Assembly (NCBI GenBank): GCA_035310665.1
Contig: DATGDX010000012.1
Location: 1-28,705 of the forward strand
Direction: 5' to 3'
From: Mycobacteriales bacterium
GTDB taxonomy: Bacteria; Actinomycetota; Actinomycetes; DATGDX01
Length of the DNA: 28,705 bases
Under the pieces are notes generated by a model. The model had not been told where the DNA came from. It did no database searches and was given only the letters and a program-made list of their open reading frames with translations. A program made the translations under genes and the position numbers. Below are positions 8,267 to 18,839 of this stretch, piece by piece. Every line of letters begins with the position of its first letter. The first letter of the stretch is position 1.

Positions 8267-9157
8267 TCACGACGCGGGGCACCGGGCGAGGACCTCCTTC
8301 GCGAGCGCGCGGTAGGCGGTGGCGCCCACGGACTGCGGGTCGTACGTCGTGATCGGGCGTCCCGACACCGTCGTCTCCGGGAACCGGATCGTGCGGTTGA
8401 CGACCGTGTGGAAGACCAGGTCGCCGAAGCGCTCGACGACCCGGGCCAGCACCTCCCGCCCGTGCACCGTGCGCGCGTCGTACATGGTCGCGAGGATCCC
8501 GTCCAGGCGCAGCCGCGGGTTGAGCCGCTCCTGCACCTTCGCGATCGTCTGCTCGAGCAGGGCGAGGCCGCGCAACGCGAAGAACTCGCACATCAACGGC
8601 ACGATGACGCCGTGCGCGGCGGTGAGCGCGTTCACGGTGAGCAGGCCGAGCGACGGTTGGCAGTCGATGAGCACCACGTCGTAGTTCGGCAGCGCGGGGG
8701 CGAGGACCCGGGCGAGGGTCTGCTCGCGGGCCACCTCGTTGACGAGCTGCAGCTCGGCCGCGGACAGCTCGATGTTGCTGGGCAGCAGGTCGACACCGGG
8801 GACCGTGGTCGCGAGCCGGACGTCGTCGATCGTGACGCCGGGTTCCAGGACCAGGTCGCGGACCGTGCGCTCGAGCTCGTAGGGACCGACGCCGAGGCCC
8901 ACGCTGAGCGCACCCTGCGGGTCGAAGTCGACGAGCAGCACGCGCCGGCCGAACTCGGCGAGCGCGGCACCCAGGTTGATCGCCGTCGTGGTCTTGCCGA
9001 CGCCGCCCTTCTGGTTGCACAGCGCGATGACGTGCGCGGGACCGTGCGCGGACAGCGGCGTGGGGTCGGGGAAGGTCGGCAGCGGACGGCCGGTCGGCCC
9101 GAGCAGGACCTCGGGCGGGGTCGCGAGCAGCGGCGGAGCAGAGGTCGTGGTGTCCAC
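8267..9157 (-). CDS. parA: ParA/Soj family ATPase (Rv1708-like)
   Basis: Deviant Walker A NQKGGVGKTTT, LVDFDPQG, IDCQPSLGLLTVNAL, TMYDART, RTIRFPE. Start uncertain: GTG 9157 chosen because a -10 hexamer overlaps the track's start at 9205. Confidence 0.92.
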   Translation of the reverse strand: MDTTTSAPPLLATPPEVLLGPTGRPLPTFPDPTPLSAHGPAHVIALCNQKGGVGKTTTAINLGAALAEFGRRVLLVDFDPQGALSVGLGVGPYELERTVRDLVLEPGVTIDDVRLATTVPGVDLLPSNIELSAAELQLVNEVAREQTLARVLAPALPNYDVVLIDCQPSLGLLTVNALTAAHGVIVPLMCEFFALRGLALLEQTIAKVQERLNPRLRLDGILATMYDARTVHGREVLARVVERFGDLVFHTVVNRTIRFPETTVSGRPITTYDPQSVGATAYRALAKEVLARCPAS

Positions 9158-9203
9158 CAGCCGCGAAACCTCCGGGAGCGGGACGGGGGGAGGCGACCGG
9201 GGC

Positions 9204-9209
9204 ACTCTA
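9204..9209 (-). promoter_or_regulatory. Putative -10 (TAGAGT) for the parA-S2P-scpAB-rluB operon
   Basis: TANNNT in the xerD-parA gap. A GGAGG lies downstream, 11 nt before GTG 9157. Confidence 0.5.
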
Positions 9210-9286
9210 GGGACGGGTCGGAGGGGGGAGCAAGGCGACGCTCCGAGGGCGGAGGTGGAGCGTGAGCCGCGGCGGCGGTGGAGACG

Positions 9287-10222
9287 TCAGCCGCGGGCCC
9301 GGGGGTGCGCCGCGGCGTACACCTCCCGCAGCCGGTCGACCGTGACCAGGGTGTACACCTGCGTCGTCGTCACCGAGGCGTGCCCGAGCAGCTCCTGGAC
9401 CACGCGCACGTCCGCGCCGCCGTCCAGCAGGTGCGTCGCGAACGAGTGGCGCAGCGTGTGCGGGGACACGCTGGCCGCCAGCCCCGCGCGTTCCGCCGCC
9501 GCGCGCAGGACGGCCCACCCGCCCTGGCGGGTCAGCCGCCCGCCGCGCGCGTTGAGGAACAGGGCCGGGCCGCCGGAGCCGATGACGGCGAGCGCGGGGC
9601 GGGCGCGGACCAGGTAGGCGTCGACCGCGGCGCGCGCGAACCGCCCGACGGGCACCATCCGCTCCTTGCCGCCCTTGCCGAGCAGGCGGACCACGCCCCG
9701 GTCCAGGTCGACGTCGTCGACGTCGAGACCGACCGCCTCCGAGATGCGCGCCCCGGTGCCGTACAGCAGCTCGAGCAGGGCGCGGTCGCGCAGGCCGCGG
9801 GGGTCGCCCGGGGGGCCGGCGGCGTCGAGCAGCCGCTCGACCTCCTCGACCGCGATCGCCTTGGGCAGCCGCCGCGGCGGGGTCGGCGGGCGCACCGCGC
9901 GGGCCGGGTCGGCGCCGGTCAGCCCCTCGCGTACGGCGAACCGGTGCAGCCCGCGCACGGCGACGACGGCGCGCCCGGCCGACGCGGCCGACAGCGGTGG
10001 GTGGCTGTCGTCGCCCGCGCGCAGGGCGGCGAGAAACGTCGCCACGTCGGCCTCGTCGACCTCCGCCAGCGAGCGGCGGCCGCGGCGGGTCAGCTCGGCG
10101 AGGTAGCGGCGCAGGTCACGGCGGTAGGACAGGAGCGTGTTGCGGGCGACGCCGCGTTCCACGGACAGGTGGTCGAGATAGGTGCGGACCGCGGCGAGCA
10201 GCTCGGGGGGCGGGTCGCTCAG
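9287..10222 (-). CDS. xerD: Tyrosine recombinase XerD
   Basis: [43 protein letters not shown] (R), GKGGKER (K), [11 protein letters not shown] (HxxR), LLGHA, TTQVY (Y). The apparent start is CTG at 10222 (see findings). Confidence 0.95.
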   Translation of the reverse strand: MSDPPPELLAAVRTYLDHLSVERGVARNTLLSYRRDLRRYLAELTRRGRRSLAEVDEADVATFLAALRAGDDSHPPLSAASAGRAVVAVRGLHRFAVREGLTGADPARAVRPPTPPRRLPKAIAVEEVERLLDAAGPPGDPRGLRDRALLELLYGTGARISEAVGLDVDDVDLDRGVVRLLGKGGKERMVPVGRFARAAVDAYLVRARPALAVIGSGGPALFLNARGGRLTRQGGWAVLRAAAERAGLAASVSPHTLRHSFATHLLDGGADVRVVQELLGHASVTTTQVYTLVTVDRLREVYAAAHPRARG

Positions 10223-11334
10223 GCGAGGACCTCCGGCAGCGACACGCAGGGCAGCCCGTGCGCCTCCGCCACCGGCGCGTAGGTCAGCCGGCCGTCGACC
10301 GCGTTGACTCCGGCCGCGAGCGCGGCGTCCCGGTGGACCGCCTCGGCCAGGCCGTTGTTGGCGATCTCCAGGGCGTACGGCAGCGTCACGTTGGTCAGGG
10401 CGTACGTCGAGGTGTGCGGCACCGCGCCGGGCATGTTGGCGACGCAGTAGAACACCGAGTTCGCGACCGGGAACGTGGGCTCGGAGTGCGTGGTCGGCCG
10501 CGACGACTCGAAGCAACCGCCCTGGTCGATCGAGATGTCGACGAGGACACTGCCCGGCTTCATCCGGGCGACGAGGCTGTCCCGGACGAGCACCGGCGCC
10601 TTCGCGCCCGCGACGAGAACCGCGCCGATCACCAGGTCGGCGTCGATGCAGGCCTTCTCGATCTCGTACGCGTTCGACGCCACGGTCTGCAGGTGTCCCT
10701 GGTAGATGCGGTCCGCCTGCCGCAGCTTCTCGACGTTCTTGTCCAGCAGCAGCACCTCGGCCTGCATGCCGAGCGCGATCGCGGCGGCGTTCATGCCGGA
10801 CACCCCGGCGCCGAGGACCACGACCTTGGCGGCGTAGACCCCCGACACGCCGCCGACGAGCACGCCGCGGCCGCCGCCCTGCCGCATGAGGTGGTAGGCG
10901 CCGACCTGGGGGGCGAGCCGACCGGCGACCTCCGACATGGGCGCGAGCAGGGGCAGCGAGCCGTCGGGCAGCTGCACGGTCTCGTAGGCGACCGCGGTGG
11001 TGCCGGAAGCGAGCACCGCGTCCGTACACTCGCGCGAGGCGGCCAGGTGCAGGTAGGTGAACAGCACCTGATCACGCCGCAGCCGCGGGTACTCCTCCGG
11101 GATCGGCTCCTTGACCTTCAGCACCAGGTCGGTTTCGGCCCACACGTCGTCGGCCGAACCGACGATCGAGGCGCCGGCGGCGGCGAAGTCCTCGTCGGGG
11201 AGGGCCGAGCCGACCCCCGCCTCTTTCTCGATCACCACGCTGTGCCCCGCGGTCACGAGCTCGTGCACCCCGGCCGGCGTGATCGCGACGCGGTACTCGT
11301 TGTTCTTCAGCTCGCAGGGGATGCCGACCTTCAC
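10219..11334 (-). CDS. ald: Alanine dehydrogenase
   Basis: [55 protein letters not shown], 371 aa. GAGGA SD before GTG 11334. Confidence 0.97.
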   Translation of the reverse strand: MKVGIPCELKNNEYRVAITPAGVHELVTAGHSVVIEKEAGVGSALPDEDFAAAGASIVGSADDVWAETDLVLKVKEPIPEEYPRLRRDQVLFTYLHLAASRECTDAVLASGTTAVAYETVQLPDGSLPLLAPMSEVAGRLAPQVGAYHLMRQGGGRGVLVGGVSGVYAAKVVVLGAGVSGMNAAAIALGMQAEVLLLDKNVEKLRQADRIYQGHLQTVASNAYEIEKACIDADLVIGAVLVAGAKAPVLVRDSLVARMKPGSVLVDISIDQGGCFESSRPTTHSEPTFPVANSVFYCVANMPGAVPHTSTYALTNVTLPYALEIANNGLAEAVHRDAALAAGVNAVDGRLTYAPVAEAHGLPCVSLPEVLA

Positions 11335-11399
11335 GGCGGTCCTCGCCTTCGTCCGGCCCCGGCCCCGCGACCGGGAGGTCTGCCGCATGGGCCGCGCCG

Positions 11400-11405
11400 A
11401 GTCTA
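11400..11405 (-). promoter_or_regulatory. Putative -10 (TAGACT) for ald-xerD
   Basis: TANNNT in the NUDIX-ald gap, about 65 nt upstream of the ald start. Confidence 0.5.
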
Positions 11406-11451
11406 GGCGGCGATGCGCGGTTCGGGCAGCTCCCGGCGCGGATGCTCGGAT

Positions 11452-12102
11452 TCAGGACGGTGATCCGGGGCGCTCGGGCCACGGCGCGTCAACGGGGCGC
11501 AGCCCGGCGAACCCGGCACGCCGCGCCGCGGCGGCGGCGAGGATGCCCATGACCGCGGTGGGGTTGTGCAGCTCGCCGGCGAGCACCTTGCGCACGGCCT
11601 CGTCCAGCCGCAGCCAGGCGACCGGCATGTCGTGCTCCTCGTGCTCGCCCTGGTGACGCTCGCCCTCCGCGGGCGAGAGGTCGCGCGCGAGGTAGATGCG
11701 CAACGCCTCGTCGGCCATGCCCGGGCTGGTGAACGCGTCGACCAGGACGTCCCAGCGCCCGGCGCGGTAGTGGGCCTCCTCGAAGAGCTCCCGCTGCGCG
11801 GTCGCGAGGGACGGCTCCCCGGCGACGTCGAGGATCCCCGCCGGCGGTTCCCACAGCATCCGGCCGACCGGGTGCCGGTACTGCTGGACGAGCAGCACGC
11901 GCTCGTCCGGGTCCAGCGCGATCACCCCGACCGCCCCGGGGTGGACGACGACGTCGCGGGCGGCGCTGGCGCCGTCCGGCATCCGCACCTCGTCGGTGCG
12001 CACGGCGATCAGGCGACCGCGGAAGCGCTCGGTGCTGCGCAGAACCGGGAGCGCCTCCGGCGTGTCGTGCAGCTCGCCGCTGCCGTTCGTCCCGGACGCC
12101 AT
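11452..12102 (-). CDS. NUDIX hydrolase (ADP-ribose pyrophosphatase-like, Rv1700-like)
   Basis: RDVVVHPGAV, QYRHPV, Nudix box PAGILDVAGEPSLATAQRELFEEA, SPGM.DE, EEHDM. Confidence 0.92.
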   Translation of the reverse strand: MASGTNGSGELHDTPEALPVLRSTERFRGRLIAVRTDEVRMPDGASAARDVVVHPGAVGVIALDPDERVLLVQQYRHPVGRMLWEPPAGILDVAGEPSLATAQRELFEEAHYRAGRWDVLVDAFTSPGMADEALRIYLARDLSPAEGERHQGEHEEHDMPVAWLRLDEAVRKVLAGELHNPTAVMGILAAAAARRAGFAGLRPVDAPWPERPGSPS

Positions 12103-12107
12103 CACGG

Positions 12108-13811
<1,704 letters not shown>

Positions 13812-13871
13812 GCGGGCTCCCGTGTCGATGCGGCGCGACTACCTACCGAACCACGGGAGATCAGGCTAACA
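13812..13871 (-). promoter_or_regulatory. pyrG promoter (extended -10 TGT-TAGCCT) and SD-overlapping leader hairpin
   Basis: -10 at 13868-13863. The inverted repeat CTCCCGTG (13859-13852) / CACGGGAG (13824-13817) covers the SD. Inner helix TCGGT/ATCGA. Confidence 0.7.
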
Positions 13872-16082
13872 CCCGGACCGACCGCGAACCCCTTTGGTTG
13901 GGTGGACGGCGCACGCGGCGGGCGTGGCGGGCCGCGGACGGTGCGGCCAGGGGCGGTCGCGGGCGGACAGGGACACCGCGATCGCGCTGGGAATCGCGAC
14001 GCTCATCGCGAGGGCGGGAACGGCGACGCCGGAGTCGTTGACCAGGAACCCGACGACCCCGAGGACCAGCACCGAGAGCAGCCCGGCGCGCAGCGCCGGC
14101 TCGTGCGCGAACGCCCGCCGCAGCCCGCTGGTCGGCCAGCGCAGCACCGCGCCGAGGAACGCCACGGCCACCGGCACCAGCAGGGTGAGGACGCTGGTGG
14201 TGAGCAGGTGCAGGTTCGACTCGGCCTTGCGCCGCACGATCGTCGCCGCCCCGCCGTGGAGGAGCTGGCCGACGAAGCGCCCGACGTGGGTGCGCGCGTC
14301 CGGCGGGCGGGCGTAGTCGGCGAGCGCGAACGCCGTGACGACCAGCACCCCGGCGGCGGTCGCCGCGGCCAGCCGGCGCCAGGACAGCCGGGCGCCGGTG
14401 AGCAGCAGGCCGAGGACCGTGAACGCCGGCACCAGCGCGATCACGCCGCCGAAGTCGCTGCCCCACGTCGGGCTGCCGTCCAGCACGACGGCGACCGTGC
14501 CGACGGTCGCGACGGTCAGCAGCGCGATGCGCCGGCTCCGCCCGGCCGCGAGCGCCGCGGTGAGCAGCAGCGCGCCAGTGGCGAACACCGCGTACGAGAC
14601 GTTGCCGAACCCGGCGAACCGCCCGGCCACCAGCGGCGAATACCCGGCCAGGCTGGACATCTGCAGCCGCGCGCCGGTGAGCACGTCGAGGCTGAGCACG
14701 GCGAACGTGAGCCCGGCGACGGCGCCGACCGGCCCGAGCAGCCGCTGCCGCCACGGCCCGGCGAGCGCCACCGTCAGGACCGCGGCGTCGGCGACGGCGA
14801 CCGCGGCGAGCAGCACCGGCAGCGGGTGCGCGTGGCGCCACCATGGGACCAGCTGGGCGAGGTAGGTGGCGACCGGAGCGGCCGCGAACGCGAGCGCGGC
14901 GACCCGGGCCGCGCCGAGCACCCGGTCGCGGTGGCGGCCGCGTTCGAGGCGGCGCAACGCGGTGAACGCGAGCAGGTACAGGACCGCCTGCGCCCCGACG
15001 AGCAGTGCGAAGAACGGCGGCACGAGCCGGCGCTGCTCCTGCGCCGCCCGGTCGAGGTCGACCAGGCGGGCGACGTGCGCGGGCAACGACTGCGCCCGCG
15101 GGCCCGGGGTCGGCTGCCAGCGCTGGCCCACGACGGACGGCGGCGGCTCGAGTCCGAGCAGGGCGAGCACGGTGGGGGCGACGTCGATGAGCTGGACGTA
15201 GGGAGCGCGCCGGGTGGACGCGCTGCGCAGCTCCCCGCCCGAGAACCGGGGACCGGCCGCGACGGCGACGTGCAGCCGCGGCCGCTCGGCCCCGACCTCG
15301 GAGACGCCGGCGACGAGCACGGTGCCGTGGGGGCCGGCGACGGCGGTGCCCGCGGCGACCGCGGCGTCGATACCCCGCCACGCCGCGGCGGTGCGCCCCC
15401 GGACCGCGAGGTCGTCGGCGGCGATGATGGTGAGCGGGCACGGGCGGAGCGTGGTGGACGAGCCCGGCGACAGGAGGTGGGCGGCCGAGGCCCGCGGCAG
15501 GTGACCCGGGACGCGCCCGCGCGAGTCGGCGCCCGTCAACGCCGCCCCGGGGCCGACGGTGGTGACGCAGTCGCCGGCGGCGCGCACGACGGTGCCCAGG
15601 GCGCCGAGGGTGCTCCCGAACTCCAGGCGCCGGTTGGCCGCGACGATCGCGGGCCAGGAGCGGATCCGCCCCTCCCCCACCACCGACGCGGGGACGGGGG
15701 CGCAGCGGGGGCCCGCCTCGGGGCCGCGCGCGCGGTTGCCGCCGCCGAGCGTCAGCCAGCCGTCGGGAGGGCAGGTGCGGGCCCGCGCGGCGCGCACGGT
15801 GAGCGTCCCCACGCTGCCCCGGTCGGCCAGCCGCCACAACGCCGGGGTCCGCGCCGGCGACACGTCGTCCCAGCGCAGGCCCGCCGCGCCGACGACGACG
15901 ACGGGCCCCGGGGGGCCCGGGTCGGCGCGGGCGACGCTTCCCCTCGCGGCGAGCAGCGTCGGCGTGAGCAGCCCGGCCACGAGCCCGGCGAGCAGGACCA
16001 GGACGACGACGCGCCAGTGGGGCGGCGGGGTCCGGCGCCCGCGCACCGGCCCTCGCACCGGCCCTCTCATCGGCCCTCTCAC
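13866..16082 (-). CDS. Large envelope protein: N-terminal signal/TM, extracytoplasmic alkaline-phosphatase-superfamily-like domain, about 10 C-terminal TM helices (738 aa)
   Basis: VVVVGAAGLRWDDV, TCPPDGWLTLG and QLIDVAPTVLALLG resemble AlkP/sulfatase-fold segments. The TM region has polar motifs GRFAGFGN, GSDFGG and NDSG. GTG 16082 overlaps the GT stop. Fold assigned by eye only. Confidence 0.7.
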   Translation of the reverse strand: MRGPMRGPVRGPVRGRRTPPPHWRVVVLVLLAGLVAGLLTPTLLAARGSVARADPGPPGPVVVVGAAGLRWDDVSPARTPALWRLADRGSVGTLTVRAARARTCPPDGWLTLGGGNRARGPEAGPRCAPVPASVVGEGRIRSWPAIVAANRRLEFGSTLGALGTVVRAAGDCVTTVGPGAALTGADSRGRVPGHLPRASAAHLLSPGSSTTLRPCPLTIIAADDLAVRGRTAAAWRGIDAAVAAGTAVAGPHGTVLVAGVSEVGAERPRLHVAVAAGPRFSGGELRSASTRRAPYVQLIDVAPTVLALLGLEPPPSVVGQRWQPTPGPRAQSLPAHVARLVDLDRAAQEQRRLVPPFFALLVGAQAVLYLLAFTALRRLERGRHRDRVLGAARVAALAFAAAPVATYLAQLVPWWRHAHPLPVLLAAVAVADAAVLTVALAGPWRQRLLGPVGAVAGLTFAVLSLDVLTGARLQMSSLAGYSPLVAGRFAGFGNVSYAVFATGALLLTAALAAGRSRRIALLTVATVGTVAVVLDGSPTWGSDFGGVIALVPAFTVLGLLLTGARLSWRRLAAATAAGVLVVTAFALADYARPPDARTHVGRFVGQLLHGGAATIVRRKAESNLHLLTTSVLTLLVPVAVAFLGAVLRWPTSGLRRAFAHEPALRAGLLSVLVLGVVGFLVNDSGVAVPALAMSVAIPSAIAVSLSARDRPWPHRPRPATPAACAVHPTKGVRGRSGC

Positions 16083-16085
16083 CGG
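16044..16085 (-). repeat. 12-bp tandem repeat x3.5 at the gene start, encoding VRGP-MRGP-VRGP-VRG
   Basis: Plus-strand units caccggccctcg, caccggccctct, catcggccctct, caccgg. Confidence 0.85.
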
Positions 16086-17176
16086 CACAGCTCCCGGTAC
16101 ACCGCGGCCACCTGCTCCGCGGTGTCCTCCTCGTCGGGCCACCCCGCGGTCCGGGCGGCGCCACAGTCGCCGAGCGCGCGGGCGGCCACGGGGTCGTCGA
16201 GCAGCCGGGTGACCGCGTCCGACAGCGCGTCGGTGTCGGCGGGCGGCACCAGCACCGCCGCGTCCCGGACCAGTTCCGGCACCCCGCCGACCGCGGTCGC
16301 GACCAGCGGGCGACCGGCCCGCAACGCCTCTTGGGCGACGAGCGGGCGGGCCTCCCACACGCTGGGGAGCACCACGACGGCGGCGGCGGCGAGCAGGTCG
16401 GCGACGTCGTCGCGGCGGCCGAGCAGCCGCACCGGGGCCCGGCTGGCCGCGATCATCCCGTCGAGGACGGCGCGTGACGGCCCGTCACCGGCGATCGCGA
16501 CCAGCGGCGGGGGGCTCCGCCGCGTCCAGCGGGTGGCCGCGGTGACGAGCGTGTCGAAACCCTTCTGCGGGTGCAGCCGCCCGACCGCGAGGACGAGCGG
16601 GCGGTCGGCCGCGCCCAGCTCGGCGCGCACCTGCTCGGCGCTGCGGCGCGGCGGGGGCAGCGCCGGCGCGGCGACCGGTGCGAAGCGGGCGTCGGGCGCC
16701 CCGAGCGCCCGCGCGTGGGCGACGAGGTCGGGGGAGGCACCCAGGGTGACGTCGGCCCGGCGGGCGACCCGTCGCTCCAGCAGGAGGTACGCCGCGCGGC
16801 GCGCCCGCCCGCCGAGCACCCGGTTGTGCCAGGTCACGACGAGCGCCGGCGCGGCGTCGCCGCGGGCGAGGCCGGCGAGCAGCCCGGCGCGCAGCCCGTG
16901 CGCGTGGACCATGTCCGCGCCGCGCAGCAGCCGCCGCAGCCGGGCGACCGCGCGGGCGTCCGCCGGGCCGGGTCCGGCGGGGATCTCGACGGCGGCGAAC
17001 CGGGCTCCGGCTGCCGCGAAGCCGAACAGCTCGTCGGTGGCCGCCGGGCCGAGCACGGCCACCCGCGCCCCGCGGGCGAGCAGCGCGGGGACGAGCGCGC
17101 GCACGTGCCGCCCGATCCCACCCGTGCTCGTGCCGAGCACCTGCGCCACGCGCAGACCGCGCAGGTCAGTCGCCAT
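16079..17176 (-). CDS. GT-B glycosyltransferase, family 4
   Basis: QVLGTSTGGIGRHV, VHAHGLRAG, AVGRLHPQKGFD, and EX7E motif PSVWEARPLVAQEAL..GRPLVATAVGGVPE. Confidence 0.92.
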   Translation of the reverse strand: MATDLRGLRVAQVLGTSTGGIGRHVRALVPALLARGARVAVLGPAATDELFGFAAAGARFAAVEIPAGPGPADARAVARLRRLLRGADMVHAHGLRAGLLAGLARGDAAPALVVTWHNRVLGGRARRAAYLLLERRVARRADVTLGASPDLVAHARALGAPDARFAPVAAPALPPPRRSAEQVRAELGAADRPLVLAVGRLHPQKGFDTLVTAATRWTRRSPPPLVAIAGDGPSRAVLDGMIAASRAPVRLLGRRDDVADLLAAAAVVVLPSVWEARPLVAQEALRAGRPLVATAVGGVPELVRDAAVLVPPADTDALSDAVTRLLDDPVAARALGDCGAARTAGWPDEEDTAEQVAAVYRELCR

Positions 17177-18839
17177 CGCGACTCGCGGCGGGCGGGGCGC
17201 CGGTGCCCGACCGGGGCGCCGGCCGGGACGGCACGCGGGACAGCAGGCGGAGCACGCCGGGGCGGTCGACGAGCAGCGCACCCGCGGTGAACCCGCCCGC
17301 GGTCACGGTGGCGACGACCAGCGCCGCCGCGACGCTCGCCCAGACCCCCGCGCCGGCCAGCGTCGCCGCCACGAGGCTGCCCGCCGCGGCGCCGCCGGCG
17401 CCTCCCGCGATGCCGGCAGCCGCGGCGCGCGCGGTGCGGCGCAGCGCGGCGCGCCCGGCGACGCGGGCCACGGCGGCGAGCAGCAGCACCCCGGCGAGCG
17501 TCATGCCGAGGCTGTTGCCCAGGCCGAGCGCCGCCACCCGCCACTCGCGCGGCGCGAGCGGCACCAGGACCACATCGGCGAGCACCACCGCGGCCCACCC
17601 GGCGGCGATCGCGGCGGTCGCCGCGCCTGCAGCGCCGCGGGCGTACAACGCGCGGCCGAGGTGCGCGACGAGCGCGTAGCCGACCAGGCCGGGCGCGAAG
17701 ACGCGCAGCGCCCAGGCGAGTGCGGCCGGGTCGGAGCCGCCCGGGCCGGCGAGGACGAGCACGCGCGCGGTCGGGGTCGCGGTCGCGACGAGCAGCGCGG
17801 CGGCGGCGAACGCGACCAGCAGCACCGCCCGGGTGGTCGCGGCCGCGGTGGCGGCGAACCCGGCGTCGTCGCGGGCGGCGGCGCGGGCGGACAGCTCGGG
17901 GAACGCGCTCGTGGCCAGCGGCACCGCGAGCACCGCCCATGGGAGCAGGAACACGGTCCAGGCGAACGTGTAGAGGGCCGCCGCGCCCGTGGGCCCCAGG
18001 TCGTTCGCCAGCCGCAGGACCACGACGACGGACGCCTGCTGGGCGGCGAGCGTCGCCGTTCCCGCGACGGCGAGCGCGCGGACCCGCGGGGCGACCCCGG
18101 GCGGGAACCGCAGCGCCGGGCGCAGGGGGATCCCCGCCACGCGGAGCGGCAGCAGCAGGCTCAGGCTCAGCGCGACGACACCGAGGGTGGTCCCGACGGA
18201 CAGCACGAGCTCGGCGGCGCGCGGCAGCGCCGCGAGGTCCTCGGCGTCCGCGCCGAGCAGGCCGAAGGTGAGGTACGCCGCGACGACGACGACGCTGGAC
18301 AGCAGCGGCGCGAGCGCCGGGCCGAGGAAGCGTCGGTGCGCCTGGAGCACACCGGTGAGCACGACGCCGACGCCGTACAGCACCACCTGCGGCGCGAACA
18401 CGGCGAGCATGCGACCGCCGACGGCGACCATCTCCGCGCGGGTGCAGCCGCCGGACGGGGAGCCGACGAGCAGCCCGACGATCGGACCGGCGAACGCGAG
18501 CACCGCGAGGGTGAGCGGGGTCAGCAGCAGGACGGCCCAGGTGAGCAGCGCGCCGGCGGTGCGCCGCACGGCGTCGGCGTCGGCACGGGCGACGGGGCCG
18601 GCGAGGACGGGCACGACGACACTGGCGAGCGCCCCGCCGGCGACGATCTCGAAGACGATGTTGGGCACCGTGTTCGCCGTGTAGTACGTGCTGCCGAGGC
18701 AGGTGGGGCCGATGATCCGCGCGAACACGACGGTGCGCAGGAACCCGACCGCGCGCGCGGCGACGGTGACCACCGCGATCGACGCGGCGGCGCCGAGCAG
18801 TCCGTGGCGCAGCCCCGACCCGGCGGTCGTGGTCAGCAC
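17166..18839 (-). CDS. murJ: MurJ/MviN-family (MOP) lipid-linked precursor flippase
   Basis: TVAARAVGFLRTVVFA, YYTANTVPNIVFEIVAGGALASVVVPVL, QAHRRFLGPALAP, PLATSAFPELS, about 14 hydrophobic segments. Confidence 0.88.
   Translation of the reverse strand: MLTTTAGSGLRHGLLGAAASIAVVTVAARAVGFLRTVVFARIIGPTCLGSTYYTANTVPNIVFEIVAGGALASVVVPVLAGPVARADADAVRRTAGALLTWAVLLLTPLTLAVLAFAGPIVGLLVGSPSGGCTRAEMVAVGGRMLAVFAPQVVLYGVGVVLTGVLQAHRRFLGPALAPLLSSVVVVAAYLTFGLLGADAEDLAALPRAAELVLSVGTTLGVVALSLSLLLPLRVAGIPLRPALRFPPGVAPRVRALAVAGTATLAAQQASVVVVLRLANDLGPTGAAALYTFAWTVFLLPWAVLAVPLATSAFPELSARAAARDDAGFAATAAATTRAVLLVAFAAAALLVATATPTARVLVLAGPGGSDPAALAWALRVFAPGLVGYALVAHLGRALYARGAAGAATAAIAAGWAAVVLADVVLVPLAPREWRVAALGLGNSLGMTLAGVLLLAAVARVAGRAALRRTARAAAAGIAGGAGGAAAGSLVAATLAGAGVWASVAAALVVATVTAGGFTAGALLVDRPGVLRLLSRVPSRPAPRSGTGAPPAASRDGD

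Noticed and set aside
9287-10222. Tyrosine recombinase as a phage or ICE integrase
   Set aside because: Its sequence and position (NUDIX-ald-xerD-parA) are those of chromosomal XerD. No dif-like or att sites were seen.
10219-11334. ald between NUDIX and xerD as an insertion
   Set aside because: As I recall, this placement is common in non-mycobacterial actinomycetes. Catalytic residues are intact.
11700-11800. Nudix box ending EEAH rather than EExG
   Set aside because: I recall this as a common variant in actinomycete orthologues. The REUXEE core is intact.
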